From Octopus bimaculoides (Eukaryota): a stretch of DNA of 64,000 nucleotides. The notes beneath the pieces are model-generated. The model made no database searches. It was not told where the DNA came from and saw only the letters and a list, made by a program, of their open reading frames with translations. This document shows positions 11,529-24,615 of this stretch, in pieces. The position numbers were made by a program, and so were the translations under genes. Each line of letters opens with the position of its first letter. The first letter of the stretch is position 1. The stretch is taken from contig NC_068991.1 of assembly GCF_001194135.2 (NCBI RefSeq), positions 72,448,039-72,512,038 of the forward strand, written 5' to 3'.

Positions 11529-13619
11529 GTTTAAAAAAATTTTTTTTTTTATAAATTTGTGTTTTTACATACAATGTCAATAAGTTTATTTGAAACAAAA
11601 AAAAAAAAAAAAGAAAAATATCAATGAAAATGTCCCAGCCTCTTTTATTTCTTTCATCGCTGTATTTATTCACTTTTACGAATTTCATTGTAGCAACATG
11701 GTTGGTTTATTCTATTCGTTCTTCCTTTTTAGTCATTCACTCATTCATTCAGTCCATTCTCTCATCGCATTGAAAGACAAAGCTAACCTACACTACAACA
11801 ATGTTTGTTTCAAAAGCTGTAACAATTTGAGTTATTTCTCATATTGTCTGAACTAGCCATCAGATTATTAATATATGCCTCATAAAGGACTATCATCCAT
11901 TCATGTATTTCTCTATCTTTCTCTCATATATTCTTTACTCCCTTCTCTCTCTCTCCCTCTCTCTCTCTGCTTCACTCTCTCTTTCTCTCTGCTTCACTCA
12001 CACACACACACACATGTATAGCCTTCCCTGTACCTTGTCTTAAAAGTACATACATACTCCAAACTATCATTAAATGAATCTATTCTGTTTTAACTAAGAC
12101 AAAGAACTGAAGAATCTACCTGCAACTAGATTCGATTAGGTTCATGCAGTCTAATCCATTTCTAATCCATTTCATCATTTGCTTCAATATGTTATTGACA
12201 TTTAGTCTTGGACAATGGAGTGGTATGGATGTTAAAGAACCAGGTTAAATTCTTAATGGTATCTAGTTCATGCCTGGCATTTCTGAGTTTATTATATTCC
12301 ACTGGGTTCAATTATTCTTCTCATTCATCAATGGAATAAGTTCCTGTAATATACCAATTAAAGTCTATTGACTCTCTCCTAGTCTTTGCAAAGAAAATGT
12401 CTTATCTATAGTTGAGGCCATTATCTATAAACTCAGTTAAATACTTCTGAAAGACCGGAAATGTAAGATCTCTGATCCACCTAGCACTGTTATATATTTA
12501 TTATTCAGCTTATTTGTATCAATTTTTCCTGAAAATTTTGTTTGATTGACCAGAAGAAGGATTCAACAAGTCTTTTATCATGATTTTGCTGTGAATAAAG
12601 CAGTAGAGAAATGTGCCTATGTAACTGATTTTAAAGTTATATTTTTCCCCTTTGAAGAGAATTTCTTCCTGTATCATTTAATTCAAAATATTGAGCAAGA
12701 CATAACGAAAAAAAAAAAAGCATTCTTTATTTTAAATGAATTGAAAAATGAGAATAATAATGTTTTGTTTTTTTTTCAGCTCATTAATTTTCATTGTTTT
12801 ATTTCATTGTTTATAGTTTAAATCATATTTTCCTCTGTTGATTTTTGTGAAATTTAGCCGAAAACCATTGTTAAAGATAACAATTCTTTCTGCTCTAGTT
12901 CCGGGAATTTTTATGCATGTCCTTTAGTAAGGGTTATTTGGAAGAGAATATTAAAAAAAAATTTTTTTTAATCCATATCATAAATATTGTGTAATTTTAG
13001 TTATTTGGATATATGTCAAAATTCAATTCATAATAATAAGTATTTAAATACTTTTGTTAAACATAAAATAATATTTTAATATTTGGTAAATCTCCAGAAA
13101 ATGGAAACAGATATGGCATTTCAGTGTGGTTCTTCAAAATGATATATAAAGTTAAGCTTTTTTTAGTGTCTGCGATTAAAACAACTGACCAAATTTGTAT
13201 CAGAATATGTAATAATTACTCCAGATAACCTCACAATTTATTTTGCAATGTGAGAAAATACCTGATTGTTGTAGTTTTATCATTAAGATATTTTAAAAGT
13301 TTCATTTTCTAGCTAGGCTTTGATTCCTAAATATTTCATGAAGAAGAGAGAAGACTTTGTAAGTTTGTTATAGATTTAGCATATTCCTGAGTCAGTCAAA
13401 AAGGTGCCAAACATATTACTGAAGCAGTTTATTAATACAAACTTAATGTGTATCATTTTATTTTTTTTTGTTTTTATTTTTATCATATTGCTTTTTTCTT
13501 TCCTGTTTTGCAACTTACCTGGCAGGTTCACTAGTTCCAGTGGTGTGTGCGCATGCATGCACACACACACATACACACATGCTCAAAAGCACCCAGTGTA
13601 CATTATCACGTGGTTTGTG

Positions 13620-13790
13620 CTTGGAAGGCCGACCAGCCATGGAAAACATGCTAAAGCTGACACTGAAGCGCAGTGCAGTCCTGCAGTTTACTGGAGCCTT
13701 TCAGACTGTACAACCCATGCCAGCATGGGAAACAGATGTTAAATGATGATGGTGGTGGTGGTGGTGGTGATGATGATGATGATGATGATG
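13620..13790 (+). mobile_element. Family A 3' end with a (GGT)n(GAT)n tail
   Basis: caacccatgccagcatgggaaacagatgttaaatgatgatg. Confidence 0.7.
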
Positions 13791-13844
13791 TAAGGTTGAT
13801 AATGTTCTATTTCAAGGCGCTCATTGTTAATCTTTTTTTTTTAA

Positions 13845-14226
13845 TCTTTTACTTGTTTCGGTCAATAGACTGTGGCCATGCTGGGGCACTGCTTTGAAAA
13901 ATTTTTAGTCAAGTGAATAGGCCCCAGTACATGTTTTTATTTTTAAACCTGGTACCTATTGTGTTGGTCTCTTTTGCCAAACTGCTAAGTCATGGTGATG
14001 TAAACAAACCAACAACGGTTGTCAAGTGGTACTGGGGGACAAAGATGCACACACATACACACATGACAGGCTTCTTTCAGTTTCCCTCTACTGAATCCAC
14101 TCATAAGGCTTTGGTCGTTGGTCCAAGCGTATAGTAGAAGATACTTGCCCAAGGTGTCATACAGTGGGACTGAACCCTGAACCGTGTGGTTGGGAAGCAA
14201 ACTGTTTCCCACCCACCCAGCCATGT
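13845..14226 (-). mobile_element. Family B CORE-type SINE
   Basis: acttgtttcggtcaatagactgtggccatgctggggcac...gatacttgcccaaggtgtca... Confidence 0.8.
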
Positions 14227-14289
14227 TTGCACCAATTTTGTTATTACCATCTTTCCCATGGAATTTATTGTAAAATATCTGAGGCTTAA

Positions 14290-14852
14290 ACTTTGGTTAA
14301 CCTTTGCGAGGGTGGTCATCGTTCCCATCTCTCGCCTTACGTGATACACACAGATCCGGGTTTCTGGGTGGGTACCCGTCTTCAGTGTGTGATAATCACT
14401 GGCTAGTGATGAAGAACTCATTCCACTTGCAAAATACTATATGCTTTTTCTTTTTCTAGCGACACACTGTCGCTGATCTTGTAAAGAGAGAGATAAGTGA
14501 TATTAAAGTAACAGTATGGAATCATAAAATGCATTTGCCAACTAAATGTGGCAGTCCTATAGAGGATGGTGTTACTGTTGTTTTTAACTGCAGGAAGATG
14601 AGTAAAAGCCCAGAAACCCAGGTCTGTGTGTATCACGCAAGGCTAGAGATGGGAGCGATGACCTCCCTCACAAATACTAATCAGACACAGACTATGTGTC
14701 ATTAGCCAGCTAGAGATGTCTTCCTAGGGCTAAAAACACCAGTAACACTGTCCTCCATAGGACCACCACATTTAGTTGGCGAATATATTTTATGATTCTG
14801 TACTGTATCTGTTTATCTCTTGCTCAAAGATTTAATATAACTTATCTCTCTC
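14290..14852. repeat. Composite repeat of two oppositely oriented, circularly permuted copies (A-B-A'-B' inverted arrangement); class uncertain, Penelope-like or Helentron-like
   Basis: 14303-14383 is roughly the reverse complement of 14593-14674; 14486-14599 is roughly the reverse complement of 14718-14852; short hairpins at 14458-14474 and 14684-14700. Confidence 0.7.
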
Positions 14853-14944
14853 AGAAACTGTTGTGTCATAGAATCCAGGTGGGGTCTCGGGTATTTGGGC
14901 ACCAAAAGGTTTACTGTATTTATTATGCTGATTGTTTCTGGCAT

Positions 14945-15135
14945 AGGCATAAGACCTGAAATCTAGGAGAAGGGCTTAGTCGATGTCATTGACCTGAAAA
15001 CTTTATGATATTTTATGTTACTAACCCTGAAGAAATGAAAATCAAAGTTGACCTCAGCAGGATTTGAACTCAGAGCACAGAGGGCCAGAACAAAGCATTC
15101 TGTCTGATGTTCTAGCAATTCTGCTTATTTCCCAC
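14945..15135 (-). mobile_element. Family C SINE, diverged
   Basis: aaagttgacctcagcaggatttgaactcagagc. Confidence 0.6.
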
Positions 15136-15349
15136 CTTTCTGTATATAAAAATAATGAAACTGCGATTCAGTATTGAGTATTTGATTTCATTTAATCTTA
15201 TTCCACATGGCCTGGAATTTTCAGATTCTGTATCTCTTTCTTTCTTCTTTCTCTCTTGCTATGCGATATATTTGTTACAGGTAATTAGACTTCTGCGAAC
15301 ATCCGAGCACCGCCAGAAGTTTTACAACCTCTAGGTTTTCTCTCATTAA

Positions 15350-15380
<31 letters not shown>

Positions 15381-16584
15381 TTATATGCATGTGTGTATGT
15401 ATGTTTGTTTTTATGTATCTATCCGTCCATCCATCTTAACTGCCTCTTTCCATCTCACTCTAAGGGATATAATACACACACACACACACACACATATACA
15501 TATACATATATATATATATATATATATACACAAACACACACACATACATATATATACATATATATCACTTCTGATGGACCGGCATCCCATCCAGGTGAGG
15601 AGCCTATACGCCAAGGGAACCAGGAAACCGGCCCTTATGAGCCAGGCATGGCTCAAGAAGGAACAAGCAACAACATACATACATATATCATCATCATCAT
15701 CATCATCATTTAACATCCTTTTAAATGATGATGATGATGATGATGATGACACACAAACAAACATGCACCCCCCCCACACACATGCACAGACTCATATTCT
15801 TGTCCTTAAAAATTTCAAGATTCCATGTTGCTAGGACCAGGGTCTATGACCTATCCATCTTTGCAATCTTAAATCGTTAGCTTCAAACCCACATGTTGTT
15901 GTTGTTGTTGTTGTTGGTGTTGTTGTGGCAGTAGTAAAAGAAGGTGCCTTTTTATGCCTAACCTAAGTGCATGATTTTGAATTGTCTTACGCAGAGTCTT
16001 TGACTCTGCGAAACATGCTTCAGTGCTCCGAGCTTATCGATAGACACTTCTCAGGTGTATCCTTGAACAGACAGCTATTCACAGAGAAGTGTTGCAGTAT
16101 TGTTTCTCCTGCAGAATAATAAGTAGAATTACTGGCAACTCAGATAATCAATGAAATGCTGCGACGCCACATGAAGCTTCTTATTTACCATTATTGTCTC
16201 ATAGCATGTCAATTGCATATCTATTCGGAGTACTAATTAATGCTACTAGTTGTTCATTTAGTATTTTGTTAATGAAGTTGATCAGTAAATATGGGGCTTT
16301 GTTAATTTTTGTTTTATTTTATTTTATTTCATTTATTTTACATTCATTTATTTGTCTTTTATATTTGTACAGTGATAAAATGACAGTGTAGATTTCCAAT
16401 GTAACTTTTTTTTTTCACCTGTTCAATAAAACGGAGCATTGATCTTTATCTACAAAGTTATTGTATTTTCATATTCCATTCAATTCTAAATATAATTCTT
16501 TTCTACATTACTCGAATGTTTTAACTCATTTAATTTTCATATGTATTAATTAGCAAGAAATCCTTAAATTTCTTTAATCTCTTT

Positions 16585-17274
16585 TACTCTTTTTTACTCC
16601 TTTACTTGTTTCAGTCATTTGACTGCGGCCATGCTGGAGCACCGCCTTTAGTCGAGCAAATCAACCCCAGATTTATTCTTTGGAAACCTAGTACTTATTC
16701 TATCGGTCACTTTTGCTGAACCACTAGGTTACGGGGACATAAACACACCAGCATCGGTTGTCAAGCGATGTTCGGGGGACAAACACAANNNNNNNNNNNN
16801 NNNNNNNNNNNNNNNNNNNNNNNNNNNNNNNNNNNNNNNNNNNNNNNNNNNNNNNNNNNNNNNNNNNNNNNNNNNNNNNNNNNNNNNNNNNNNNNNNNNN
16901 NNNNNNNNNNNNNNNNNNNNNNNNNNNNNNNNNNNNNNNNNNNNNNNNNNNNNNNNNNNNNNNNNNNNNNNNNNNNNNNNNNNNNNNNNNNNNNNNNNNN
17001 NNNNNNNNNNNNNNNNNNNNNNNNNNNNNNNNNNNNNNNNNNNNNNNNNNNNNNNNNNNNNNNNNNNNNNNNNNNNNNNNNNNNNNNNNNNNNNNNNNNN
17101 NNNNNNNNNNNNNNNNNNNNNNNNNNNNNNNNNNNNNNNNNNNNNNNNNNNNNNNNNNNNNNNNNNNNNNNNNNNNNNNNNNNNNNNNNNNNNNNNNNNN
17201 NNNNNNNNNNNNNNNNNNNNNNNNNNNNNNNNNNNNNNNNNNNNNNNNNNNNNNNNNNNNNNNNNNNNNNNNNN

Positions 17275-17337
<63 letters not shown>

Positions 17338-17504
17338 ACAGTCTTCCTTCAGTTTTTGCCTACCAGATCCACTCATACAGTTTTGATCAGATCATGACTA
17401 TAGCAGAAGACATCATGTACCCAAGGTGTCATACTGTGGGACCGATTGAACCCAGAACCATGTGTTTTGGAAGCAAACTTCTTACCGCATAGCCATGCTT
17501 GTGC
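16585..17504 (-). mobile_element. Family B CORE-type SINE spanning an N-gap at its internal (TA)n
   Basis: The 3' half lies at 16585-16788 and the 5' half at 17330-17504, both matching 33643-34100. Confidence 0.8.
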
Positions 17505-17869
17505 CTATTGCCACAAAAATGATAAATTATCAAACCTTGCCATCAAATCTTTTTTTTTTTTTAACCTTAGAATTCAAACTTTTGGTGCCTGAAAGAAGTA
17601 AAAACAGGAACATAGTCCTCTTATTATTTTTTCCCTATTTTTCATACCTCTATTACTTGTTATATTTTTCTAATTAGGTATAGAAACTGTGGTTAATTTC
17701 AATTGCATTTGAAAATATTACTTACTTATTTATTTTCTTTTTTTATTGTAATTTGGTTTGCAATATTCTCAGTGTGAAATCACATGTCGAAATAGATTTT
17801 GTTGCATCTTGGGAGAATCAGTATGCCAAAAATAATAAACACACACACACTGGTTCTGTTTCACTTCTC

Positions 17870-17922
<53 letters not shown>

Positions 17923-18112
17923 GTTATCATCATCATCATGATCATCATTATTAGTCAACTAGTTAATCATTTAACCAATTAACTAATCAATCGTTTGATT
18001 AATTGTTCAGCTAGCCCATCGATCAATCAGGTTCATCAAAGTCCTTTTGTTGCCAGTTGCAACCTTGTCTTTTATTGATTCCAGTTCTGCTCCAATATCA
18101 CACAGTATTTTA

Positions 18113-18320
18113 TGACGGCAGGCTGGCAGAATTATTGGCACACTGGACAAAATGCTTAGTGCTGTTTCATTTGTCTCTGAGTTCAAATTCCACTGAGATC
18201 GACTTTGCCTTTCATCCTTTCAGGGTTGATAAAACAAGTACCAGTTGAGCACTGGGGTCGATGTAATCAACTTGACCCCTCCTCCCTTAAAACTGCTGGC
18301 CTTGTGCCAAAATTTGAAAC
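18113..18320 (+). mobile_element. Family C tRNA-derived SINE, near full length
   Basis: ctggcagaattattgg A-box-like, gagttcaaattcc B-box, then gactttgcctttcatcctttcagggttgataaaacaagtaccagtt. The core resembles my recollection of Deu/Nin-type SINE domains (unverified). Confidence 0.8.
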
Positions 18321-19144
18321 TGATATTACATAGGATTTTCTTATGATAATACATTCTGCAACTGGGAACATCACAAAGTACTTATTCATTGAAACTATTT
18401 TGATATGTTGAAATTTGGATCATAAAAACAGAACTTGTATGTATGGATTAGACTGATGTCACAATTTGTCCTTTTCAACAATACTATCTAAAATAAATGG
18501 GAATAGGACAAATCTAGAAATATTTCACTTGATCTCATACTATAAGTAACAGTTTCATTTCGTTTTTAAAATCCTTCTTTTAGTTGTTATCACAATTCAA
18601 ACATTATATGCTTGAAATTTTCCTACAGTTGCATCTCTGTATGTACATATCTCTCTCTAAACACACATATAAATAAGTATACATACATACATACATACAT
18701 ATATATATGTATACAAACATACATATTCGCCACCAGAACCTTGTTTAGGCTTAGTAGCCCTTCCTGTTTGTTTTCACTGTCCTGTTTGTGTTACCAATTT
18801 TGACCTGCCGCAAGATCCCAAATTTTATTGCGGGAGCAACCGTTTTATCGAAGGACAAGAGTAGAAAAACAACCAACAACTGATGAAGGGTCGTTCTTTA
18901 TGTTGTTTGTCTTGTTTTCCATTTGTGTCTTTCATTGTTCGAAAAAATAGTTCATATTCCATGTACTTATACTTTGTATTTTTTTGTTGCACACATTTCA
19001 TGACGTCCTGTGCCCACATATGCATATATATATATACATAGAGATGTAAGCGTGTACATATATGTATGTATATATGCATATATATATATTATTTATATTA
19101 TTATATGATTGAACACAACACATCCTCATCCAAGTAAGTTTTAT

Positions 19145-19222
<78 letters not shown>

Positions 19223-19826
19223 TATATATTTAAGAGAGTTATGTAATATGTCTTCCAGCCTCAGAACAGAATTTGTTTCTCAGTGGCAATTACTCATAAT
19301 AGACATTTATAAATAAATACAGGCGTTTATTTTAACTGGTGTGTAATATATAAATAGGATTTCTTTATAATTGAAAGAATACAGTATGTATCTTTTATGT
19401 GTTCAATAATTTCTGATCTGATGCTAAAAACTATTTATTTTCATATTTGCATAAATATAGATATATCATCCAGTATGTGTATGCATGCTTGAATGTGAAT
19501 ACATGTATACATATGTGTGCATATATATGTCCGTGTGTTGTGTGTATGTTTGTGTGTGTGTGTGCGTTTGTGTGATATACACACATAAACACATGCGTGC
19601 AAACACACACATGTGGAGGATATATAATTTTTGTGTCTAGATATGACACTCCTCCGTATGTGCATGCTGAAACACTAAAGTTTTGTCGTGTGTTTCAATA
19701 TAAACTGACTGATATTAATAAATAATTCTTATATTCAATCATTCATGTTCTTTTCTATGATTTAACAGCAGGAAATTGGTTATTAATATATTTGTAATTT
19801 TGCCATTGAATTGGATGGTTAGATTC

Positions 19827-19918
19827 CAAACTGGAAAATAAAAGAAGTACTTAGTTTTATTTTTGAGTCACTCAAACTGGAAAATAAAAGAAGTACTTAG
19901 TTTTATTTTTGAGTCACT
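19827..19918. repeat. Perfect 46-bp tandem duplication
   Basis: caaactggaaaataaaagaagtacttagttttatttttgagtcact at 19827-19872 and 19873-19918. Confidence 0.95.
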
Positions 19919-21055
19919 CCTTGCAGTTGATGTATTTCCCATATGAAGGAAATGTGGTAGTTAGAACAGAATAGCTTTTGGTGCTGTGAAACATCTGCAG
20001 GACTGAGCATGTTTGAAGGACAGAGGAAAGTTAACTGGCAAGAGAAATACTCTGTCCACAGTCCCCAAAACTGAAATACAAAGATATGGCTGAATCTAAC
20101 ATGAAGAGACTGGACGTTGATATTTGTAACTGGACTGGGGACCAGTTCACTTTTGATGCCCTTGATATGACCTACAACATTGGGGACTATAAATGGATTT
20201 ACCTGTGATGCATAATTTTGCCTCCTTATTAATGGATATGAAGCTGAATCGAAACAAATGAATTTAAAAAGTACTTTTTATTGGATCTTTGAAACACATG
20301 TTTGATAATATATTTTTCATATAAAGAAAATTTGGTAGTTATATAAAAAAAAACCACATAGGCAGCTGCTGCAAGGAAAGAAAAATACCAATGTTTTGAA
20401 CTCAGGCTCTTTCTCAAGGGAGAAAAGAGAGATAGTTCCTTATGTTGTTACCCAGGAGTCACAGTACTAATGGCCTCATGGCATCTACATATGATTTCAG
20501 TAACTACTTCTTTTTCTTTGGATTACTTGTTACCAATGCAAACCTACACGGGATTCCTCCAATTCTGGATTTTACATACTTACCTTATGATTTCTTCTCT
20601 ATCATTGAATCCACAACCTCTCGTATCCATATGCTTCTTTTATTCTTGTTTCAACAAATTTCATTTGGATTCAGACTTCTCCAAAAAATATCTTTTTGCT
20701 CATATATTCATTCTTGGACCTTTTTTTTTTTTTTTGGTAATTTTACAGGCAAAATAAGAAGGGAGTTTCATGAAGCTCTCGGTATCTGTTAACATGCAAA
20801 CTTTTTATCTGTTAATATGCAAAGCTTCTCACTAATATGCTCCGTGTATTTCTCTGTTGGGAGCAATTTCATATAAAACATTCTATGTCACATAATACAA
20901 TTTGGCAGCATTTATTGATGTAAGTGGAATCTAATGTTCAAAAGAAATCCAGAGAAAATCCTGTGTGGTTGGATCAGTTATTTAGATCAATAAATACTGA
21001 TTGTAAATTGATTGTACTATTTAATATTTATTTATTTATTTTCTTTTTACTTCAG

Positions 21056-21124
21056 GGAGAAAAGTATGATGGCAGGAAAGCTGATGTCTGGAGCTGTGGT
21101 GTGATATTATATGCACTTCTTGTG
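21056..21124 (+). CDS. BRSK2: BRSK kinase exon (69 nt), [23 protein letters not shown] (subdomain IX)
   Basis: Pyrimidine tract ttttctttttacttcag acceptor and gttagt donor; phase 0-0; DVWSCGVIL motif, visible inside ORF 20924..21151. Confidence 0.97.
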
Positions 21125-21905
21125 GTTAGTCTAAATTTAGATTGTCATTAAGATAGCTTTTAACGAATGGCAAGAGAGTTTTTTCTCCAACTTTGCAGTA
21201 CATTGTGTATTGAAATTTTAATTAGTTATGATTTAAATTAAATTTTTTTATGTTCAATTTTTCTCTGAATCAAATGAAAATAATTGTTAAGATTCTTGTA
21301 TATTCTTAGTTAATTTAACTGATAATTAAGATTAGAGTCTCATTTTTTTTTTTTGATAATAATTTTGTAGTTTCTGTTTTGCTTCTTCCAAGCTGATAAC
21401 AATAACAAACATTTTTATTCAAATTCAAGATTCACAAGAATTATTTTATTTATTGTTTAAAAATCAATTATGCATTAATAGTACAATGTGATGTTGTAGA
21501 GTCCAACTTGAGTACGTTTTTTCCTTCTTTATTTCAAAAAAAAAAAAAAAAACTTTTCATTTCCCTTGAAATATTTCTAAGAGTTATTGTTCCATAATTC
21601 TAGTGAATTCTGATCAAATAAACTGGTGGTACATCAGCACATGACTTCATAGATTTCTTTCTCAGCATATCCCTCTCCTGCCATTACATGTCTTGCTCTA
21701 ATCTGAAGACAAATGGTAATTCAATTCCAATTCTAGGCATTTGTATTGTTTGATATATTTTGTGGAAAGTAGACTAGTCAGGGATCCCCTGCTGTCTCTC
21801 TTTGGAATCGGCACCGATTCAGCTTGGGGTTGTTACTAATCTAGGGTGTGAAGCAGCTGTGTGTGCTGATAGGACTTTCATGGTCTGTTAGTGGCATGAA
21901 TGTCT

Positions 21906-22133
21906 TTAACCCTTTAGCATTCAGATTACTCTGTCTAATGCATCATTTATTTATTATCATTGTTTTGAATTAATCATGTATTGTCTGATAGCTTTGAAAT
22001 TTTTATGAGGTAACTATTAAATTTTAGAATGATATTGTAGGGTAGGTGTGAGGGGCAACATCTGGCCAGTATGAACATAAAACAGGTAGAATATTTTGGC
22101 CGGATATGGCCGGTTTAAATGCTAAAGGGTTAA
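21906..22133 (+). mobile_element. piggyBac-like MITE (220 bp) with TTAA target-site duplication
   Basis: TTAA|ccctttagcatt ... aatgctaaaggg|TTAA; CCC-starting TIRs and a TTAA TSD are piggyBac hallmarks. Confidence 0.88.
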
Positions 22134-22499
22134 AGTGGTTTTCAGACTTGACCTAAAAGTGATTTTAATTCAGTCAGGTATGTCATTATCTTCTGAGGGT
22201 TCCATAGTGCTACCATTTCTTTTGCTAGACATATTGGTCACCTTCAGATCTATCTTTTGATCTTTTGGTGATTAGTGAATACTTTGCTAAACTTTCATGG
22301 CCTACACTATTCATATTTGGGTGCTGATGATATCGTTAGGTCAGGGTTCAACTTTGGTATATATTGTTATAATGTCTGGCGCCTTGATAATACATGATTA
22401 GGAAATCCTCCAGATGGGATTCTTGCTACAGTAAAGTTGATGATTGAGGAACTTGGCATGTATGGGGTGTGGGTTGGAAACGAGTATTTCTAAATGTGT

Positions 22500-22536
<37 letters not shown>

Positions 22537-23112
22537 AATAGGGAGATTGGAGAACCAAGGCAAAAGAAAATTCTGCTTAATATTTGATGCACAAGAACTC
22601 TCACCTCTAAAAATATACCCAATTTGTGCTCTGGAAAGAAAACAAAGTAAATGCACAATTATTTGCTTTTGTATGACATTAAATTAGAATAATTAGTGGA
22701 CAAATGAGTCTACGGTATTTAATTTAGTCCTTCTGTTGTTGAGAGTTCAAATTGTAATAGGCTCTGTTTGACTTTCCATTTACCCATTAGAAATACTTTA
22801 AATGAAATACATTTTGATATATATATCACTAGGTTACCATTAACGCCTGTAGAAAGCTGCAAACATTAGGCCCTTAAAAATCCAAAATTTTATCCCAGCA
22901 CCTAATTTTCTTAAATTAGACAGTAAAGGAGAATTTGGTACTAAACCGATAGAATCAAAATCATAGCTTATGTGTCTTTTGTCTCTTGACATTTTATTTT
23001 TTTTATTTTTAGTCTTTTCTACTTGTAAGATTCTTGTATGGTTTGATTCATTGATTTGACCATATTAGCTCAAACAAACTGTATTCTAAATACATTTCTG
23101 TTTATTTTAAAG

Positions 23113-23259
23113 GGTGCCCTTCCATTTGATGATGACAATTTAAGAAATTTATTGGAAAAGGTTAAGAAAGGTGTCTTTCACATTCCCCATTTTGTGCCTC
23201 CTGATTGTCAGAATCTATTACGAGGCATGATCGAAGTGGATCCTGAAAAACGTTTAACG
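23113..23259 (+). CDS. BRSK2: BRSK kinase exon (147 nt), [49 protein letters not shown]
   Basis: tttattttaaag acceptor and gtattt donor; phase 0-0; BRSK-typical LPFDDDNLR and [14 protein letters not shown] motifs (inside ORF 23056..23283). Confidence 0.97.
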
Positions 23260-24269
23260 GTATTTAAACAGTTTCGTCTCTAAATAAAACAAAACTTTTT
23301 TATTTTAAAGATTTTCAAATCAAAACTCTATAAGAAGTCCAGATAATATAATTTTGTTTATTTATTTCAATTAATAATTGCTTTATGTTTTGATTACTTA
23401 AGCAATGTTTTGATAATTAACATTAAAACAATCAGCGCAAAATTAAAGACAGGTAATTATATATCCCGAAAGAATTTCCCATAGCTGCTTTGCTCTTGTT
23501 AAGATTGTAGTATTTATGTGATGATAAAATTACCTGTCACTTAGTAACGAATTGATTATACCCAATGGAAAAATAACTACTTTATCCCTTTTTTTTAAAA
23601 ATCTTGTGATAAAATTTGATTTATTGAATGACAGTGACATTGTTATTTCTTACAATGGCTGCAATAGAATCTTCTAACTTCACTCTCTCTCTCTCTGCTT
23701 GCCTGCATATTCATGCCTACAGCCATTTACAATTGCGGATCTCCATGCCAAAGCCAGGAGATTCATGATTTTTCTTTGGAAAGATACAACAATGGTTTTC
23801 CATTGCCTTCGACTGGTTTGCATACAATCTACTTTGGTAACATCCGATTCTCTTGAGTTAACTTTGAGCCTCAGAATCTGTTTAAATCTTAAACAGAGAA
23901 ATTAGTTCATGTAACACCAAGACATGTCCAAACACTGTTGGATCTGTGTGACACATGTCTAGGGGCCAGTGTTTCTCTGAGTCCTTGATGCTTAGCCACA
24001 TAACCATGTTCTGCTATTTAACCCACATTTGGGATCCCTGGTAGGTACCATGACTCCAGGCTAGAGCAGGTCTGAGAGTAATGGTGACAAAGGGGTAACT
24101 CCATACTCCCCATAACTTCAGAACCACCCAAGCTCTAGCCTCGTTACTTGATGCAATTTAATATCTTATCCAAGATTAACTTCTGACATCATTGGGTCAA
24201 ATTCTTGTTGGAGATTTTATCAAATGTGGTTTGTATTGAAATAAATTAAGTCCAGGTAGTTGTTGATCT

Positions 24270-24615
24270 CAGTTCATAGCCTGGCTCACTGGCAGTTATG
24301 GTTATAAATGTTCCACTTGATTCAATTAATGGGACTTCCTGCCCATAAAAATCAACATGCAAGTGGCTGAGCACTCCACAGACACACTTACTCTTCATGT
24401 AGTTCTCAGGGAGATTCAGTGTGACACACTGAATATGACAAGGCTGGCCCATTGAATTACAGGTACAACTAATTTTTGTACTCATTTTATCAAGCCTGAA
24501 AGGATGAAAGGCAAAGTCGACCTTGGCAGAATTTGAACTCAGAACGTGAAGACAGACAAAATACTGCTAAGCATTTCGCCCAGTGTGCAAACGATTCTGC
24601 CAGCTCGCTGCCTTA
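24270..24615 (-). mobile_element. Adjacent partial family H (24270-24482) and family C (24490-24615) SINEs
   Basis: gcaagtggctgagcactccacagacac matches 3186-3478; gaaaggatgaaaggcaaagtcgaccttggcagaatttgaactcag matches family C. Confidence 0.75.

Noticed and set aside
18113-18200. tRNA-like A/B boxes here and in other SINE heads
   Set aside because: They continue into SINE bodies and lack a full cloverleaf; not called as tRNA genes.
20442-20792. 116-aa ORF in unique-looking sequence
   Set aside because: No recognisable motif or splice support; F/L/S-rich composition typical of AT-rich non-coding DNA.
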